Positions 12,115 through 22,894 are shown, numbered from the stretch's first letter. The stretch: 64,000 bases of DNA from Piromyces finnis finn (GCA_002104945.1 MCFH01000052.1:62001-126000), one strand, 5' to 3'. Notes: generated from the sequence alone by a model not told the origin. Program-made: numbers and translations.

Positions 12115-12660
12115 AAATATTTTTTAATAAAATGGACTTTTTTTTATAATTGGCTATAGATTATTAAAAATTAATTTATTAAATTAAAAATTTAAAATGG
12201 ACAATTTTTTTTTAAAAAAAAAAGTTAGTGGGATTAGTGGGAATTGAATCCACAGGAATTATATATTTTAATTTATCTTTTTTTTTTTTTTTTTTTTTAC
12301 TCTATATGAATTATTTAAAACAATTTAAAAAATATATATTATATATATTTATATTTTCGTATATAGAAAAATATTATATAATTAGACTTTTTTTTTTATT
12401 TTTGAACTTTTTTTTATATTTTATTTTTTAAAATGTATGTCCAGCTAATTAAATATTTAAAGTCATTTATATATTTATACATATGATTTTTTTTTTTTTT
12501 TATTTTTTTTTTTTTTTGATTCGTTAATTCAAAAATGTCTATTATTATAATTAACTTTTTTCATGATTTTTTCTATAAAAAAATAGTTTTAAAAAACTAA
12601 ATTTTATAGTATAAAAAGGAAATAAAAAGTTTTTTTATGTTTTAATTATATTAAAATAAA

Positions 12661-15600
12661 ATGCATAAAAATCTAGATATTACAAAAAGGATTTTAAAAG
12701 AAAAAATTAAAATAATAGAAAAGAGAGAACTACAAAATAAAAAGAAAAATAGGGCTTTTGGCAATTATGAATTTAATAATTCATATTTATCAAGTAATGC
12801 AGATGATTCCTCCATGTCATTGAAATCATTATATTCTACTAATTCTAATGATACTTTAATAAACGATAATAATGATAATGATATAAATTTAAAAGATGAA
12901 ATAAATAATACAATACTTGAAGATATATCAGAAACATCTGATTCTGATATTTTTTCAGATTCAAATGAATCAAATGTATCTTTTGTTTCAAATAAATCTA
13001 ATATTACCAATAATAAAAATATGGAAAGTAATAGTAATATTAATGTTAACGAATATAATGAATTTAATAGTTATTTAAACAAATCTAATGATGTATTAGA
13101 TGAAGAATCTTTTAAAGTTTTGGATGACTCTGAATCCATTGATACCTCAGATACCTATATTAATGAGGATTATGATAAATTAATTTTATTTAGCGATATA
13201 TTCAATTTCATGGTTTTACAACCAGAATATATAATAAAAATTGAAAAAAATGCCATATTTAATGAAGAAACAAATGAAAAATTGGATAGATTTTCGGTAA
13301 GAGTTCAAAAATTAATTGATAGAGATTATACAGAAATAGAAAATCAATTTATATCACCATTTATGGATGATACAGAATTATCTTGCTTAAGTAATTTAAG
13401 AGAAATAATGGAGGATATAACAGCTGAAATTACAATCCCAAATGATCAAAAGAAATCAACTTTAAATACTAATGAAATTACTTCTTCAAACATTTCTTCT
13501 GAAACAGAAAATGAAGAACATATTAAAAAAATTAAAACTAAAATCTCAAGAGGATTTTGTCTTACAATACCTGGATTTGGATATCTTATTATATCCCATA
13601 ACGGGGATGTGGTGGTAAATAATGAAATAATAATTAATTCTATGAGAATTATATCTCCTTCTCATGTAATAATAAAAAATATTAAATCAGAAATCATTGA
13701 AATTGAAGCTTCATCATTAAGTTTCTTGGATAATCACTCATTTGAAATTAACACTTTGGAATTTAAAGGAAATCAAAATGATCCACTTCTATCTCATATT
13801 CTATGCGGTTTATTTATAAAAGAAAAAACAAATATAGTCATAAATAACCTATTTATTAAGAAGGGACTACTTTTGAATTATGGACACCTTACTATAAAAG
13901 AAAATAATAACTTGGATGAAGGTTATATCTTTAATATTGGAACAATTAATTTTAAAGAAAATACTCATATAATAAAAGATATACATTATATGTACAATGG
14001 AGTCAATGGAAAAATTATTTCTGATAATAATGTTATATTCGGAATTCATAAATTTATTAATTATGGTAATATCAAAATTAAAGAAATAGGTTTTTCATCT
14101 ACAGGTTCATTCTTAAATAAAGGAACTATTGAAACTACAAAATGTTTTGAACTTCGTCTTTTAGGAAAAGGTATTAATAGTGGACTTTTAAATGGATCAT
14201 CTGGTAAAATAATAATTAAAGGAGAAGATTTTAATCATCTTGAAGGAAAAATAATTGTATCAAAAATCCATTTCCAAACTCTGAGAACTCAATTAAATTC
14301 CACAGTTCGTGGACAAGAGATTCATTTACAAGGAGAAGTTATTACTTCAGGAGAAATCCATTTTCAATATGGTATTATAGAAGGCTATTTTGTAAATACA
14401 TCAGAAAAGATAAAGTTTGAAAAAAAATTAGAATTAAGGGGAAAACATTCCGAAATTCATAACCATAATAAAATATTTGCTGATTTAATAGTTAGTACAG
14501 CAGAAACTGGTATAATTAATAGAGGCTTATTAACGGCAAAAAATCTTATTGTAGAACCTAAAAAACATATTCAACTTCAATGTTTAATGCCTCTTTTAAA
14601 AAAAATAAATGTAAATGCATCCTCAAAATTACTTATTGCTTTTGGTTCTTACACCCCAAAATTAAAATCTATTATAAATTTTGGAGATATTACAATTTAT
14701 TCCAACTTATCTAAGCTTTCTCATATAGAAAACAGTGACACTGGAAATATATATTTGGAAAATGAAAAGGCATTTAATAGCATATATCAATTAAGTGATA
14801 TTCATGGACATATAGCAATAAAAGGTTCCTTACCAAAATTAAAATATCTCTATCTAAATAATGGGGCCCTTTTAACTCTATTGGAAAACAGTAATCTACC
14901 TTTGGTAAAAAAAGTTAATTTAGAGGGAAAATCTTGTTTATTAATAAAATCTAATGTAAATTTACCATGTTTGAATTATTTAAAAGTTAATGAAGGATCT
15001 GAATGTGTTTTAGAAAAAGATGTAATAGCAGAAAAAATAAAAAATATATATAACAATGGATATATTAGTTGTTCTATCCCATTACTAAATTTGAGGGCCC
15101 TTATCAATAGAAAAGATAGTAATTTCTTTTTTTTAAATAAAGCTTTCATAAAAGGAAGAATATTCAATAATGATGATTTAGAAAGTATTACAATAAATCC
15201 AAATTTAAAAAATTATCTTAATCATGAAATTGCTATTTTTAATGAAGGAAATATTTATGTTGATATTACATCAAGTCATATTAATATCTCTGGTGATTAT
15301 ATTGGAGCTGAAAACTCTGTTTTCCGATTAGAAAACGGGTTTATTTCTTTTATGAACAAGTTTATTAATAAAGGAATTGTATATTCTCCCGAACTTTTAC
15401 ATTATAATATTGGCTTGACTACAACGATACGAAAGGAAAATGGACAAAGCATCTCAGAATTCTTCAATAAACAAAAGAGTATTCATTATTCTTCATTTAA
15501 TTCAAGTCCAGAATTTAAGGATAACACAATAAATCTAGGTCAGAATGTTGCAGAAAATGGAATTATATTTACTCTAGAATGTAAAAATTCAAAAATTGAT

Positions 15601-18600
15601 AAATCATTTGAACCAATTATTAATGGAAAAAACAAAGAGTTAATTATTATTTCAAAGTATGACTTAAATTTTAATTCAAATATTGAATGGAATACTGATC
15701 TATATATGAAAATACCAGATTATGAGAGTAAATATGAATTAAAATTGAGAAGTCTATTTCTTGATACGGGATCTTTTTCAAATAGTAATAATATTTCAAC
15801 TCAAAATGGTACTTCAATTATTTCCGAGTCTTTTAAAAATGAGCATGGAAGAATTGAATCTTTTGGTGATGTTTCAATTTGTGCTAATAGAAAATTTCAA
15901 AACACTGGAGGTGGTTCTATTCAAAAAAATATACCAGAACATATTCATTATTATACATGCACTACCGAGAAAAAAAAGCTATGCTATGGAAATGGAGGAA
16001 GAGGATTTTTTAAAAGATTATTCCATAGTACTTCGTCTGAAAAATATTATTATAAAGTTAGCACTAAAATTGAAAGTCATAATAAAGTAATATACAGAGA
16101 TATTTATGACATACAATTAGAAAAAGCAGGCGTTATCACTAGTGGAAAAAATTTAACTATCAACTGTAATAATTTTGATAATAGTTTTGGTATTTTAAAT
16201 GCATCAAAAAAATTGAATATACATTCTTTTAATGAATTAAAAAATGAATGTGGTCTTATGTACAGCGGGAATGAAGCATATTTACAAGGAAAATCATTAA
16301 ACAATGGATATAAAAAATATTCAGAAAAATTTGAAGGTATTGATATTAATGAACCTATAAGGGAAAGTCTTCCAGTTCTTTATCAACAATGGGTTCAAAG
16401 TGGACACTGGAAAGGTACAGGTGGATTTTTTGGAAAAGTTTTTGGAGGTAAAAAATGGGTTGATACTTCACATTATGAAAATCGTACGAGAAATGAAAAT
16501 TTAGTTGTAGGTTATAAGCCTTTAGACACTTATTCAACGTCTTCTGAATATCCTGGCTATATATTTTCAAAAGGAGATATAAACATTAATGTTGATAGTG
16601 ATCCTTCATACATAGGAACTATTGTGTCCGGAGAGAATATAAATTTTAAAGGTAATTTACAAAAAATTGCAAATTATAAGGATAGAGGATTAATGATTGC
16701 TAAGGGTGATGTTAATATGGAAATGAACAATGCTCTTCATCAACAGTTTGCTATACAGGCTAATAATATTTTTATTAATTTAACAGAAGATTTGGTTATT
16801 CAAGGAATTGTCAAACCAATGGTAATACAAAATGAAAAAGGTGAAAGTGAAGCCGTTCAAATGGTTAACTTAAAAAAGTTTGCAAATTGGATGGGTTTTC
16901 TTTCTGATAAACATAACTTTTTGAAATACGATCAGGAAATAAATACTTTAACAAATTATGTGTCAATATCAAGAGAAGATTGGGAAGAAGAATATTTAAC
17001 CTATAAAACATCAGATGCGGGATTTATTGGAGGGGCACCTAATATTAAATATTTTATGCCTACTATTCAAGAAAAAATGCTTACTCAATTATTACAGTTT
17101 ATATTGACTCCTATTTATGGTAGAGAAATATTATTAAATGAAAATTTAAAAGATGAATTAACACAAAGAGGAGCAATGATTGTTGATGCTCTTCTCTCCA
17201 ATAAATTATTACCACATTCAAATAAAAAGATAACTAAACATTTAAAAAATAAGCAAGTATTAGAAAATAAACCAGTATTATTATATGGTAAAAGTCATCA
17301 ATCAAGTACTAATATTGAAAAAAATAATATGAAGAAAAATATTCCATTATATGATCCATACCTTATCACTAATACCATCTCCCAAATTGTTAATAAAATT
17401 ATTGCTCAAAAGAAAATGAAAATTAAAACAAAAGGTAATCTCGATTTTAGACCATGTAATTTAAATTTTGAGGCTAAAGAATTGTCAGTTGAATCAGAGA
17501 AAAAAATTAGATTTTTAGGAGAATATAAATACGGTCATAATAATTACACAAGAACTGGAGTTGAAAAAGTCTCTTTAAATTTCAATGGTGATTTTGAAGT
17601 TTCTGGAAAAGAAGGAATTTTATTCAAAGGTACTGAAATTTCCGCAAACAATTTTATAAGAAAAAGTAAAGAAGGCAATATTCAAGAAAAAGCTATGCCA
17701 TTGGATCAAAATGTAAAGTATATTAATTCAAACACTGTATCAGTAACTCAAGATTCGGTAACATCATCATTTACAGCTAAAAATTCTATAAAAACTACTG
17801 CTTTAAAAGGAAATATTATTCAGGAAGGAACTGATATGGAAGCAAATAATATAATATTTGAAGCAAAGAACCATATTTGGTCACCTGTTTATCAAGATCA
17901 ATTACATTATGCATATGAAAAGAAAGGATATGCTAAAACAGAAATTAAGGTTCCTAAAGATGGTGGTATCTATTCAAAAGGAACAATTACATTCAAATCA
18001 AAGGATACATCTTTAAGTGGAATACAAATATTTTCTAAAAAGGTTTCGAATCCAGCAGATGGAAAGTTTTCAATCCATCCATCTTATATTTATCAAAATA
18101 GTGAAAGTCATTATAAAACTAATTCTTTATTTGGCAGTTCTTCAAGAGATGTAATAGAAAAAAAAGAATTAGTAAAACCCTCTGTTGTTATGGTTGATTA
18201 TTTTGAAAGTAAGGGGCAAGGACTTTGTGAATTTGAAAGTGTCGTATTAAAAGCATTAGATGCTTTAATTGAAAAGGATTTCGTTGAAAAAACAGCTTAT
18301 GATAAAATTGATACTTATATTCACGAAAGTTCATCTGGTTTTTTTGCACCAAAAATTAAACATGATCCTATTTTTGATACTTTACAAAATATAAAGAGTG
18401 TGGTAAATTTAGGGAGCTCTGCGACTTTGGGAGATATTGTACCTTCAACATTCACTACTGTGGGTTCAATAGCTAAAGCTATTAATGATATTAAAGTTAT
18501 GTCAAATTTAGATATGTTTAAAGATCCATTTACCCAAATGGCAAAAGTTATTATGAGTAGATATGTATCAAATATAGGATTTGGAAGTCATGAAATGACA

Positions 18601-21183
18601 ATGAAAAGAAGTGAGAAAAAACCTCATCAATCAAAAATTGAAGTTGAAGTTTTAAAAATAAACAATAAAAAAACACAAATGGAAGGAAATTATAACATTA
18701 AAAGAAAAGGTGTCATTGAAACAGAAGATTTTAAAGTAAATTCGCCTCGTCATGTTATAAAACAACAGTTTGAATCTAATGGTTGGTCTATATCATTATC
18801 TACAGTAGCTATAGCTTTAGCAAGTTGTGGTATAGGATCAGCAGTAGCAGCATGTCTTCCATCAATAAATACATATGAATCAAGTGGAAACTATTATTCA
18901 TCAAAACCAATACCAATGACAATGAAGGCCGATGAATTATATATTCGATGTAATAATGCTGTTTTTAAAGGTTCAAAAATTCGTTCTCGTTTATTAGATA
19001 TGATTGTTACAGAAAACCTAACTATTGAATCACTACTCCATGAAATTAAATCGGAATCACATTCATCATCTTTTGGAATTGATATAGGGGCAATCTATAG
19101 TGTATTGAACCCTCCTAAACCATCAAATGGTATTCAATCTCAAGGTGCACCTAATGATAATATTTTCCAAAAGCTTAATGTTATACCATCTTTCCGCTCT
19201 GTTGACGAAAAAGCAATATCAAAAAAGCTTGATGATCTAGCAGAATTAATTGGTGAAGAAAAGTTTTATTTAACTGTAGGTAAAGTATTAAAAAATAAAG
19301 GATCTTTAGTAGGATTACTACCCGATGGATTGGCTGTAAAAAAAACAAATGATCATAATGAAAATGAACATATTGAAGCAGGGGAAATTATAAATGAAAG
19401 TGTAAATGAATATGAAGATCATGAAAGACATGTAGTAAACCCATCCCTTAGTGAATTTTTTTCCATGATGAGTCAAATAGATGAATATAAAAAACTCCAG
19501 AGAGATATAGATATTCATAATATGATTAAAGATATCAATAAAGGATCAAAAGAGGAATTTTTTAAAAGAAAGGATATAAAAAAATTAATTAATGAAAGGA
19601 ATAAATATATCACTATTATGAAGACTCTTAGGGAAAAAGATAAACAAATAAGGGATGAATTTAAAAAAGATGGTAAAAATGAAAAATCATTATATAAAAA
19701 TTTCGAACAAGAAAAACGAATTATTAGAAAGAATGCAATAGATGTTAGAGATCAATTAGAAAAGGAAATTAATAAACTTTTATCAGAAAATGATTTTAAT
19801 GATGAAACAAAGCAATTTTTAATGAGCATATTAATACCATTAAATTCTGAAATTATGTACTCGTCTTTGGATAGTATAGTTAAAAATATATCAATATATG
19901 ATAATAAGAATAAAAAAGAAAATCAAAAATCGACTATCAATGAAAATAATGAAAAAAAATTAAATAATGGAAAATCTGGTGTAAAGGGAAAAAAGCCTAT
20001 GGTAAATGATGATAATAATAATAATGACTTTAACAAAAATAAGAATTTAACAAATTACGCCGAAATAAATAATATAAATATTACTAATGATTACAATGAT
20101 AAATCTAAATTAAATACTGAAAATAATATTAATACAAATTCAGATAATTCAAAAAATGAAACATCTTCAACCTCATTAAACAACACAGACACAAATAGAA
20201 TTCCCACATTTTCTGAAAATTACGAAAATATCAAAAAAAATTTCGATATAATAATCGATAATCCAAAATTAGCAGCTTCAATTGCATACAATGAATTAAA
20301 AGAACTTATTATTGAAACAGTAAATAATGAAAATATCCATGCTTTCTTTAAACATATTGATATGGTACCGGGAGCAGTAAAAGAAATAATTAAAGATGAA
20401 ATAATCTCTACTTGTAAATGTATTAAAATATGTATTACTAATTATGATAAAATTCCAAATGCTATTAAGGATATATATTATGATTATATGAAAGATGGCC
20501 CAATAGAAGGTTCTCTTTGTATATTTATTGATTTAGTATCTTATGGTAAAGAAAGAGGAATAATCTCTAAAAATAGCATATCAAATGTTATTAAATCTAA
20601 ACCAAAAAAAGTCATAAAATCTCAAAATAATATGTCCTTAAAATCTGTAAATGATAACAACTTACTAAATAAAGAGTTCAATATGGCAACAAATGACAAC
20701 AATTCATCTAAATATTACAAAGCATTCAATGATAATGGAAGTAAAGGAAACCTGATATTTTTAGATAATTCAATAAAAAATTCATCTATAAAATCTCAAA
20801 ATAATATGTCCTTAAAATCTGTAAATGATAACAACTTACTAAATAAAGAGTTCAATATGGCAACAAATGACAACAATTCATCTAAATATTACAAAGCATT
20901 CAATGATAATGGAAGTAAAGGAAACCTGATATTTTTAGATAATTCAATAAAAAATTCATCTATAAAATCTCAAAATAATATATCCTTAAATGAGTATCTA
21001 CCATCAGAACCAAGTAGTTTAAGTGATTTAGTATTCCATCCGAAATACTTAAAAGACATTATTAATAAGCCAGAAACATTTTTTAAAATAAAAAGTAAAG
21101 CAGAATGTACAACTTATATCCTCCATGCAATATATAGTAGTGATGAAAATAAAAAGAACAATAAAAATGACAAATACGAATAA
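12661..21183 (+). CDS. Filamentous-haemagglutinin/CdiA(TpsA)-like beta-helical repeat protein, 2840 aa, intronless, no signal peptide
   Basis: Many xxNxGxI/L repeats (LLNYGHL, IFNIGTI, FINYGNI, FLNKGTI, GINSGLL, IINRGLL, FINKGIV, FKNEHGRI, FDNSFGIL, LKNECGLM) resemble FHA-1. A downstream region resembles FHA-2/haemagglutinin repeats (GILFKGTEISAN, GNIIQEGTDMEAN, FKGSKIRS...ENLTIESL...SHSSSFGIDIG, LTVGKVLKNKGSLVG). Low-complexity acidic N-terminus and helical C-terminus. Confidence 0.7.
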   Translation: MHKNLDITKRILKEKIKIIEKRELQNKKKNRAFGNYEFNNSYLSSNADDSSMSLKSLYSTNSNDTLINDNNDNDINLKDEINNTILEDISETSDSDIFSDSNESNVSFVSNKSNITNNKNMESNSNINVNEYNEFNSYLNKSNDVLDEESFKVLDDSESIDTSDTYINEDYDKLILFSDIFNFMVLQPEYIIKIEKNAIFNEETNEKLDRFSVRVQKLIDRDYTEIENQFISPFMDDTELSCLSNLREIMEDITAEITIPNDQKKSTLNTNEITSSNISSETENEEHIKKIKTKISRGFCLTIPGFGYLIISHNGDVVVNNEIIINSMRIISPSHVIIKNIKSEIIEIEASSLSFLDNHSFEINTLEFKGNQNDPLLSHILCGLFIKEKTNIVINNLFIKKGLLLNYGHLTIKENNNLDEGYIFNIGTINFKENTHIIKDIHYMYNGVNGKIISDNNVIFGIHKFINYGNIKIKEIGFSSTGSFLNKGTIETTKCFELRLLGKGINSGLLNGSSGKIIIKGEDFNHLEGKIIVSKIHFQTLRTQLNSTVRGQEIHLQGEVITSGEIHFQYGIIEGYFVNTSEKIKFEKKLELRGKHSEIHNHNKIFADLIVSTAETGIINRGLLTAKNLIVEPKKHIQLQCLMPLLKKINVNASSKLLIAFGSYTPKLKSIINFGDITIYSNLSKLSHIENSDTGNIYLENEKAFNSIYQLSDIHGHIAIKGSLPKLKYLYLNNGALLTLLENSNLPLVKKVNLEGKSCLLIKSNVNLPCLNYLKVNEGSECVLEKDVIAEKIKNIYNNGYISCSIPLLNLRALINRKDSNFFFLNKAFIKGRIFNNDDLESITINPNLKNYLNHEIAIFNEGNIYVDITSSHINISGDYIGAENSVFRLENGFISFMNKFINKGIVYSPELLHYNIGLTTTIRKENGQSISEFFNKQKSIHYSSFNSSPEFKDNTINLGQNVAENGIIFTLECKNSKIDKSFEPIINGKNKELIIISKYDLNFNSNIEWNTDLYMKIPDYESKYELKLRSLFLDTGSFSNSNNISTQNGTSIISESFKNEHGRIESFGDVSICANRKFQNTGGGSIQKNIPEHIHYYTCTTEKKKLCYGNGGRGFFKRLFHSTSSEKYYYKVSTKIESHNKVIYRDIYDIQLEKAGVITSGKNLTINCNNFDNSFGILNASKKLNIHSFNELKNECGLMYSGNEAYLQGKSLNNGYKKYSEKFEGIDINEPIRESLPVLYQQWVQSGHWKGTGGFFGKVFGGKKWVDTSHYENRTRNENLVVGYKPLDTYSTSSEYPGYIFSKGDININVDSDPSYIGTIVSGENINFKGNLQKIANYKDRGLMIAKGDVNMEMNNALHQQFAIQANNIFINLTEDLVIQGIVKPMVIQNEKGESEAVQMVNLKKFANWMGFLSDKHNFLKYDQEINTLTNYVSISREDWEEEYLTYKTSDAGFIGGAPNIKYFMPTIQEKMLTQLLQFILTPIYGREILLNENLKDELTQRGAMIVDALLSNKLLPHSNKKITKHLKNKQVLENKPVLLYGKSHQSSTNIEKNNMKKNIPLYDPYLITNTISQIVNKIIAQKKMKIKTKGNLDFRPCNLNFEAKELSVESEKKIRFLGEYKYGHNNYTRTGVEKVSLNFNGDFEVSGKEGILFKGTEISANNFIRKSKEGNIQEKAMPLDQNVKYINSNTVSVTQDSVTSSFTAKNSIKTTALKGNIIQEGTDMEANNIIFEAKNHIWSPVYQDQLHYAYEKKGYAKTEIKVPKDGGIYSKGTITFKSKDTSLSGIQIFSKKVSNPADGKFSIHPSYIYQNSESHYKTNSLFGSSSRDVIEKKELVKPSVVMVDYFESKGQGLCEFESVVLKALDALIEKDFVEKTAYDKIDTYIHESSSGFFAPKIKHDPIFDTLQNIKSVVNLGSSATLGDIVPSTFTTVGSIAKAINDIKVMSNLDMFKDPFTQMAKVIMSRYVSNIGFGSHEMTMKRSEKKPHQSKIEVEVLKINNKKTQMEGNYNIKRKGVIETEDFKVNSPRHVIKQQFESNGWSISLSTVAIALASCGIGSAVAACLPSINTYESSGNYYSSKPIPMTMKADELYIRCNNAVFKGSKIRSRLLDMIVTENLTIESLLHEIKSESHSSSFGIDIGAIYSVLNPPKPSNGIQSQGAPNDNIFQKLNVIPSFRSVDEKAISKKLDDLAELIGEEKFYLTVGKVLKNKGSLVGLLPDGLAVKKTNDHNENEHIEAGEIINESVNEYEDHERHVVNPSLSEFFSMMSQIDEYKKLQRDIDIHNMIKDINKGSKEEFFKRKDIKKLINERNKYITIMKTLREKDKQIRDEFKKDGKNEKSLYKNFEQEKRIIRKNAIDVRDQLEKEINKLLSENDFNDETKQFLMSILIPLNSEIMYSSLDSIVKNISIYDNKNKKENQKSTINENNEKKLNNGKSGVKGKKPMVNDDNNNNDFNKNKNLTNYAEINNINITNDYNDKSKLNTENNINTNSDNSKNETSSTSLNNTDTNRIPTFSENYENIKKNFDIIIDNPKLAASIAYNELKELIIETVNNENIHAFFKHIDMVPGAVKEIIKDEIISTCKCIKICITNYDKIPNAIKDIYYDYMKDGPIEGSLCIFIDLVSYGKERGIISKNSISNVIKSKPKKVIKSQNNMSLKSVNDNNLLNKEFNMATNDNNSSKYYKAFNDNGSKGNLIFLDNSIKNSSIKSQNNMSLKSVNDNNLLNKEFNMATNDNNSSKYYKAFNDNGSKGNLIFLDNSIKNSSIKSQNNISLNEYLPSEPSSLSDLVFHPKYLKDIINKPETFFKIKSKAECTTYILHAIYSSDENKKNNKNDKYE
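20614..20990 (+). repeat. In-frame 174-bp (58-aa) tandem duplication, about 2.2 copies, near the C-terminus of the FHA-like gene
   Basis: ATAAAATCTCAAAATAATAT... starts at 20614, 20788 and 20962; the two full copies read as identical. Confidence 0.95.
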
Positions 21184-21468
21184 ATATTCAAAAGTTTTTA
21201 CAGTTTTGAATATTATTTATTAAAAATATTTACATAAAAACATTGTAGTTTATATATATTATTTTGTTAAATGTTTAATATTTAAATTTTATGTTTTTTT
21301 TTTGTTTTTCATTCATAAAATATTATTAATTAACATTTAATCAGTAATTTCTTACAATAATCAAACATTTTATTTTTTAATATTTTATTCTTTTAATATA
21401 AAATCATTATAATAAAAAGAAATAAATAAATTAATAAATAATTCCATTTTGAGTTTAATATTAAACAA

Positions 21469-21776
21469 CCACTAAAATCGATGATGTAACCAAAATATTC
21501 TATTATTATTTTATTATTCATATACTTAAAAGAAAATTCATTTAATATTTATTAAACCATGTCAATTACTTCTCCAAAATACAAAAATTAAGCTATTTTT
21601 AAACTTTATTTAATTTTAATAAATATTATTTAATAATTTATTTATTCATAATTATTCATAATTAATTCATCAAAAAATTAAATAACTTTATAATTGAGAT
21701 AATTAGGTAGAATTTAAATAAATATTAAAATAGTTAAAAATAGCATTTAAAAATATTTTTCTTTTTAGTATAAAAG
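21469..21776 (+). promoter_or_regulatory. Conserved upstream module of the secreted-peptide family, copy 1
   Basis: CCACTAAAATC(GA)TGATGTAACCAAAA ... CCATGTCAATTACTTCTCCAAAATACAAAA ... TATAAAAG (21769). It begins 484 bp before the ATG at 21953. A regulatory role is inferred from position and conservation. Confidence 0.6.
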
Positions 21777-21952
21777 AAGAAAGAATTTTCCTGAAATTGA
21801 TTATATCATTGAATATTATTTATTCATCAATTCATCAATTATTGAAATATCTATCCCACTGCTTATTTAGTAAAAAAAAAAGAAAGTTTTAAACTTTTTT
21901 TTCTTTTATATAATAGTATTAATTTTTTTTTTAAAAAAAAAAATAAAACAAA

Positions 21953-22132
21953 ATGAAACTTAACTTTGCATTTATCGGAATCTTCTTAGTTTCTGCATTA
22001 GCCTTCACGAATGCAATGGAAATTCCAAACAACGCTAATCAAAAGCGTGATTGGGGTCTTTTTGAAACTAAAACAAGAGTTTCAACAACATCAACAACAG
22101 TAGCTACTACTACACATCCAAGAGGAAGATAA
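21953..22132 (+). CDS. Small secreted peptide precursor, 59 aa (signal peptide, pro-region, KR, DWGLFET, Thr-rich tail)
   Basis: Hand translation: MKLNFAFIGIFLVSALAFTNAMEIPNNANQKRDWGLFETKTRVSTTSTTVATTTHPRGR*. It falls below the 60-aa ORF-track cutoff. Identical copy at 47865 and paralog at 49231-49491. Confidence 0.82.
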   Translation: MKLNFAFIGIFLVSALAFTNAMEIPNNANQKRDWGLFETKTRVSTTSTTVATTTHPRGR

Positions 22133-22894
22133 GGTATAAGAATTTCTTGCTACCAGCCTAAATATCTAAATACCTTAATGAGTAGATTGATTAATATTCA
22201 ACTATTTAAAATATTTAAAATAGTAATCAATCTTTTGTATTCTCATTTTTAATTAATACTTTATACCCAAATTATATTATTAAAAAATTGATAATTACAT
22301 TTGATTTGCTCAATGTATTAATTATAATTCTAATTGTAATTTATTATTAAAATAAATAAAAAAAAATAAATATTAAAATATTAAAATAAATATAAATTAT
22401 TTAATTGTGTATGTGTGAATTGCATTTATTATTTTTATATCAATTGAATTAAATCACAAAGTATTGTTACTTTTACTTTTACTATTTAAAAGTAATTTAA
22501 AAATAAAAATTAAAAGTTTTATAATACAAAAGGGTAGTTTTATATTTTTTTTTATATAACATTATCTATCTTTTATATCAATTAATTTTATATTTTATAA
22601 AAAATTAATTATATTATATTATTATATTATATTATATTATATTATATTATATTATATTATAGTATATTGTCATTGTCAACCTTTTTATTATTCTTCATTA
22701 AAGAATGTTCAATTGAAATATTATATCTAATTGAAATATTCGATATAATATTTAATTATAATTGGCAGTCTTTTTTTTTCCCTGTTGCTAAAAATACGTT
22801 TATTAATTTAATATTGGAATTTAAATGTAATAGTAAATGTAATAGTAATAGTAATATTTATAACTTAATTTGAATGTGTTAATTTTGTAAATAA

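Noticed and set aside
12228-12431. 67-aa ORF in the divergent spacer, and similar F/L/K/I-rich ORFs at 22667, 24742, 29281, 30158, 31715, 35001, 35412, 60382 and 63661
   Set aside because: Translations of homopolymer-rich non-coding DNA, several with non-ATG starts and no coding signature.
12661-21183. Possibility that the FHA-like gene is bacterial contamination
   Set aside because: Composition and homopolymer-rich flanks match the rest of the window, there is no operon or TpsB partner, and the flanking peptide locus is duplicated next to spliced genes. A chimeric assembly cannot be fully excluded without reads.
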